Source: a virus
Lineage: Duplodnaviria > Heunggongvirae > Uroviricota > Caudoviricetes
Length of the DNA stretch: 64,000 bases
IMG/VR virus record: IMGVR_UViG_3300027747_001395
Strand: one strand, 5' to 3'
The first letter of the stretch is position 1. Every line of letters begins with the position of its first letter. The notes under the pieces are model-generated. The model did not search any database and was not told the origin of the DNA. It saw only the letters and a list, made by a program, of their open reading frames with translations. Of this stretch, positions 62,543 to 64,000 are shown piece after piece. The translations under genes and the position numbers were made by a program.

Positions 62543-62590
62543 TTGACATTTATTGTCAATTGTGTTAGATTAAATAATATTGAATTTAGG
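62543..62590 (+). promoter_or_regulatory. Promoter plus conserved leader type B
   Basis: TTGACAtttattgtcaattgtgtTAGATTaAATAATATTGAATTTaGG. Confidence 0.5.
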
Positions 62591-62723
62591 ATAGTTTCAG
62601 CAACCAATTGCACTGCACTGATAAAGCAACCAGCAAAAAGCTATCCTGTTGCTCTAGGTTAACTTCCGCAACATATCTTGCATCAAACGCAAAACTTTAA
62701 CCTGTATAATATGGAGAATAAAT

Positions 62724-64000
62724 ATGTCTTTTAAAAATGCTGTACTAAATACAACCGTTGCAACTCGTACCTGGAACGGTATGAAAGCTATCAAGTCTAC
62801 TCTTTCCAACACTACAGATCTTTTCTTCAAGATAGGCGCATCAAGAGGAAAGGATATTACCGCTCAGTTCGAAAAGGCTTTCCAAGAGAATCCTGATATT
62901 GCACTTCGTATTGCACAGTGGGCACGTGATGCTCGTGGTGGTGCAGGTGAACGCGAGCTTTATCGTCAGGTTCTAAAGTATCTTGAAAAGACTCGGCCAG
63001 AAGTTCTTCTTGAAACTAACCTTCTAAAGAATACAGTTGAGCTTGGTCGTTGGGATGATCTTCTTGTCTTTACAAATGCTGCCGTCAAGGATAAAGCATA
63101 TGGAATGATCAAGGAAGCACTTGATGCTGGAAATGGTCTCTGCAGCAAGTGGCTTCCAAGAAAGGGCCCTCTTGCAGTTGAGCTTCGTCAGACCTTTGGT
63201 TGGTCTCCAAAGTACTACCGTAAGCGACTAGTTGAGCTTACAAAGGTAGTTGAGACCCAGATGTGTTCAAAGCAGTGGGATGAGATTAACTTCTCACACG
63301 TTCCATCACTTGCTATGAGCCGCTACTCAAAGGCATTCGGTAAGAATGCTTCTGATTCGTTCACCGAGTTCAAGACAAAGCTCAAGAGTGGTGACAAGTC
63401 AGTCAAGGTAAATGCAGGTGCCGTATATCCATATGACATCACTAAGAACATAAAGTATGGTGATTCTGATCTTGCTGATGAGCAGTGGAAAGCTCTTCCA
63501 AACTTTATCGGCGATGCAATGGTCATGCCAGTTGTAGACGTATCTGGTTCAATGAGCACTCCAGCTGGTGGTTACGGTTCTAAGTCGACTGTAACTTGTC
63601 TTGATGTTGCAATATCCCTTGGTCTTTATTGCTCTGATAAGAACACTGGTCCTTTTAAGGATCTGTTTCTTACCTTCTCGACAAACTCTGAGTTCGTTCA
63701 CCTAACTGGTACTCTATCCCAGAAGATTGCTCAAATGAGTCAGACTGAATGGAATATGTCAACTGACCTTAACAAGGCGTTTGAAGAAATTCTACGTGTC
63801 GCTAGAGAAAATGATGTGCCTGCAAAAGATATGCCACAGGTTCTTCTAATCATGTCAGACATGCAGTTTAACAGCTGCACTCGTTATGATGATTCTGCAA
63901 TGCAGATGATCCGTCGTAAGTACACAGAGGCTGGATATGAAGTGCCACAGATTGTGTTCTGGAACCTAAATGCTGCGGACAATGTCCCAGTTAAGTTTGA
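62724..64000 (+). CDS. vWA (MIDAS) domain protein with TROVE/Ro60-like N-terminal region (DUF2828-like), 3'-partial
   Basis: MIDAS DVSGSMS. N-terminal T..WNG.KAIKS...DLFFKIGASRG parallels the Ro60 TROVE start (T.eGG.AfKL...RL.RFLiLGSEGG). ORF continues past the window end. Confidence 0.55.
   Translation, partial: MSFKNAVLNTTVATRTWNGMKAIKSTLSNTTDLFFKIGASRGKDITAQFEKAFQENPDIALRIAQWARDARGGAGERELYRQVLKYLEKTRPEVLLETNLLKNTVELGRWDDLLVFTNAAVKDKAYGMIKEALDAGNGLCSKWLPRKGPLAVELRQTFGWSPKYYRKRLVELTKVVETQMCSKQWDEINFSHVPSLAMSRYSKAFGKNASDSFTEFKTKLKSGDKSVKVNAGAVYPYDITKNIKYGDSDLADEQWKALPNFIGDAMVMPVVDVSGSMSTPAGGYGSKSTVTCLDVAISLGLYCSDKNTGPFKDLFLTFSTNSEFVHLTGTLSQKIAQMSQTEWNMSTDLNKAFEEILRVARENDVPAKDMPQVLLIMSDMQFNSCTRYDDSAMQMIRRKYTEAGYEVPQIVFWNLNAADNVPVKF

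Noticed and set aside
10681-62590. CRISPR-like array suggested by the repeated about 50-nt promoter/leader element
   Set aside because: Repeat spacing is irregular (200-1500 bp). Each copy sits in front of an ORF or RNA gene with -35/-10/RBS geometry. They are promoters, not CRISPR repeats.

Overview
This 64 kb window looks like a segment of a large T4-like (Tevenvirinae / KVP40-like) myovirus genome. The assignment is an inference from gene content.

Almost all genes are on the + strand. A conserved early promoter plus 5'UTR cassette is repeated more than 30 times: TTGACAttttt-N~11-gGTAGACTAAACTATAAGGAATGGAGAT-N3-6-ATG. It is a sigma70-like -35/-10 with a conserved leader and RBS, and most genes sit directly behind one copy.

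Recognisable genes:
- A SpoT-like HD ppGpp hydrolase (partial at the window start) and a Dps-like ferritin.
- A separated spanin pair and a holin candidate.
- A T4 gp61-like primase, a 2H phosphoesterase (LigT-like) and a DUF2493/SLOG protein.
- ThyX, class Ia ribonucleotide reductase NrdA/NrdB, a glutaredoxin and an S-adenosylmethionine decarboxylase-like enzyme.
- A GT-B glycosyltransferase, T4 RNase H (rnh), PhoH and a PD-(D/E)XK nuclease.
- DUF2786, AAA ATPase, DUF932, MORN-variant and SPFH-lipoprotein proteins.
- An NAD+ salvage module: NMNAT-Nudix (natV-like), a macro domain, a MazG-like protein and nicotinamide phosphoribosyltransferase (nadV).
- Several HNH and GIY-YIG homing endonucleases.

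From about 37.7 to 54.7 kb there is a dense tRNA island. I parsed about 30 canonical tRNAs and about 10 degenerate tRNA-like elements or minihelices. Interspersed are small ORFs, homing endonucleases, a bifunctional GT25 glycosyltransferase-methyltransferase, a GapR-like protein, a PTH2 peptidyl-tRNA hydrolase and a CCA-adding enzyme. An ATP-dependent DNA ligase follows.

The 3' end of the window holds the most unusual material:
- A duplicated 98-nt element next to a repeat-rich structured non-coding region.
- A promoter-driven ncRNA of about 330 nt with four UUCG hairpins, feeding into an amber-suppressor tRNA (anticodon CUA).
- tRNA 3' and 5' halves in permuted order, bracketed by a 10-bp inverted repeat.
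- Two paralogous promoter-leader units that precede a TROVE/Ro60-like plus vWA (MIDAS) protein. This is a candidate phage Ro60 / Y-RNA-like system.

tRNA coordinates were parsed by eye and may be off by a few nucleotides. Anticodon identities carry the stated confidence.
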